64,000 nucleotides of DNA from Yuukianura sp. NJ FZ-2021. Taxonomy: Eukaryota. The notes under the pieces were generated by a model, which did not search any database, had not been told where the DNA came from, and saw only the letters and a program-made list of their open reading frames with translations. Made by a program: the position numbers and the translations under genes. Shown one piece after another: positions 61,717 to 64,000 of the stretch; positions within the stretch are counted from its first letter, which is position 1, and each line of letters opens with the position of its first letter. The stretch is taken from positions 14,074,001 through 14,138,000 of the forward strand of contig CM102285.1 in NCBI GenBank assembly GCA_046563655.1, read 5' to 3'.

Positions 61717-62680
61717 ATTGGCCGTCCCCGTAATACCCGCAATTCAACCAGCAAGCACTGCCTGAACTCACTGACTTTCTACATAAAAAGAAGAGAAATC
61801 CAGTTAAGTTCAATTGTTTCAAAGCATCTTGACAATCACTACAAGAGTCATTAAACTTTCCAACTCACAAATGACAATGAGAATTTAAATAAAATTAAGT
61901 ACTACAAAGAATCAACGATCTTACCAACTGATGATTTTGAAACAATTGGACCGACGTGTGCTGGAATTCAAATTGGGAGAGACAAGGGTGTGAAAAGCAC
62001 TTTAGTTGAATCCCAATTGAATATGTTAACTACCTTCCAGGAAACCACAGTTGAGCTGACAAGTTGGCTGTAAAAAAAAAGTCTTTAGCTTTGATGTTGG
62101 CTGAAAGAAGAAACTGTAAAACCGAATTCCAATGCAAAGCCGCACTCCAAATGAACAGTCAAAAAAAAAGTCAGGTGCGGTGGTGGAATGTTGATAAAAG
62201 AACCAAAAGCCACCCAGCCCACCCCCTACACAGTCTCGAATTAATGCAATGTTGCCGCTTTTTCTATCACCGATTTTAAAAATTAACGAACTGTCGCAGG
62301 ATTTAATTGCAACTGTCAGTTAAAATTGGGCTTTATGTTTAGTTCCGTTGGTTTAATTAATCATAATCACAAATTGCAAAGTTAATTAATGATTTTGTGT
62401 TAAAATTTATGTTTACCCCTTGATAAATCCCGCTGTAGTTAAGGTGACAAACCCGCTTACCACAACCTTCTTTGCCGCGAAATTTGAATGCATTTAAAAC
62501 CAAAACAAATAAAAATGAATGAAGTTGAAAACACCTGATCGATGATGCAATGAGGAAGTTGTGAAATTAAATTCAATCTTTGACTTGACTGGAGACGATT
62601 AATCGATTAATCATATTCAAAGTTTCAACGTTTTAATTATCTTGCGTGGAGTAGTACTCCCTACGCGCAGTTAAGCTACA

Positions 62681-64000
62681 ATGATAAAGTTAGTAGTATC
62701 ACCGGTACCGATGTCCAAACTGCCGCCGGGTGTTGGTGGTATTGCGTCAATGTTTGTCAACACAAGGGCGTTCACCAATAATCCAGTGATGTCCTTTAGT
62801 AGGTAAGTTTTAGATGCAAGCTAATATGTTTTACGGTTGTTGGTTGATACTGTAACTAATAAAATGAAATGTTTCTTTAGATTCCAATCTTCTACGACTT
62901 GTTACAGTTACGCAGTTTCTTCGATTAGACTAGGGCGAATCAATGCGAAGACCATTTCATTTCCAATGACAAGCTGGATGCAACAACCAGTGAAGAATCT
63001 TCATCGCTGTCAGCATCATTTGGCAGATGGAAAAGGAGGAAAAGGACCACTGGATGCAACAACCGTTCCACAGCCAGTTCCCGTCAAGAAACACTCTTTC
63101 CTCAAATTCATTTCTTCTCGCTTTCTCAAATTTTTGGACCATTATCAGAAAATACTGGAGAAGAAGTTCCCTGGAGCTATGAATGTTTACAGAGTCTTCG
63201 TCGTTGGCTTCAAAGTATGTCGATACTAATCTGAATTACTGATTACTGAGTTTAGTCATTAGTAACTCTTTTTTCTTTCTATAGGACTTTACAGTTGAGA
63301 CGAAGGATTACATGATGCTGAAGAGCCGTGTCATAACCGGTACAACTGAATTGACTGAACTGAGTCGAAAGGAAATCGAAATTTACTACAGACTGCCAGG
63401 AGAGATTCTGCGTGTTGGACCAACACTTTTAATCTCAGCTCTACCCTTTGCCAATTACATCGTGTTTCCTATTGCGTAAGACTAAGACACTACCAAAAAC
63501 TATAAATGTTTTATCAAAAACCGAACGTTTGTTTCTTTTTAGGTATTACTTTCCAAAGAAATTGCTTTCGTCACACTTCTGGTCTCTACAACAAAAGTCA
63601 CAGTTTGCTCTTGAATTTCATAAGCAAAAACTAGTCAACTATCGCCCACTATTTCGTCATCTTCAACTCAACGTCGCAGATGTACTGGACAAAGACAGGA
63701 AAGTTGTACTTCAAGACGCTCTTCACCAACTCGGTTGTGGTGCTCATCCTACCGTTGACGAAATTCTACAATTCAAGACACTTTTCGAATCGGACAGATA
63801 CAGTTTACAAGCGATTTTTGGACCGCATGTCGTAAGTTATTAAATAGCGACTTTCCTTACTTCAAATTCTATGTATAACGTTGGTGTTTTTTTTTATACA
63901 GAAAGCCCTGTGTCGAGCTCATGGAATGCATTGCCATTATTTCAATCGACGTAGACTTGGTGACAGAGCAGAGATGCTGCGTGCCATTGATTCCGTTTTG
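62681..64000 (+). CDS. LETMD1: LETM1 domain-containing protein 1; truncated at the right edge of the window
   Basis: LEKKFPGAMNVYRVFVVGFK|DF, LSRKEIEIY, PTLLISALPFANYIVFPIA|YYFPKKLLSSHFWSLQQKSQF. The N-terminus is basic and hydroxylated, like a mitochondrial presequence. Confidence 0.88.

Overview
Gene-dense eukaryotic DNA with short GT-AG introns, most likely from an arthropod (muscle-type actin, arthropod-style Asx, ENTR1 and LIM gene); the species cannot be determined from the sequence. I reconstructed 18 protein-coding genes by hand from the ORF track and splice signals. In order: 5' part of Trio with a nested antisense Vgll4/Tgi-like gene, a CFAP20-domain protein with a ~400-aa tail, an intronless J-domain/SAP/zinc-finger gene, IleRS, Tonsoku-like, NAXE, muscle actin, a ropporin-like RIIa protein, a CAP protein, a secreted Gly/Ser/Trp-rich protein, a CYB5D1-like protein lacking the b5 domain, a two-LIM protein, ZDHHC3/7, Asx, EMC8/9, ENTR1, ERp44 and the 5' part of LETMD1. 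Several MITE-like foldback elements and intronic tandem repeats are present. I saw no rRNA, tRNA, CRISPR or transposase. The best novelty candidates are the 582-aa J-domain protein with four SAP-like motifs and zinc-binding Cys clusters, and three remodelled axonemal-family genes, one with an RFX X-box and an array of PKA sites. Gene identities rest on recalled motifs, not database searches, and exon boundaries are manual.
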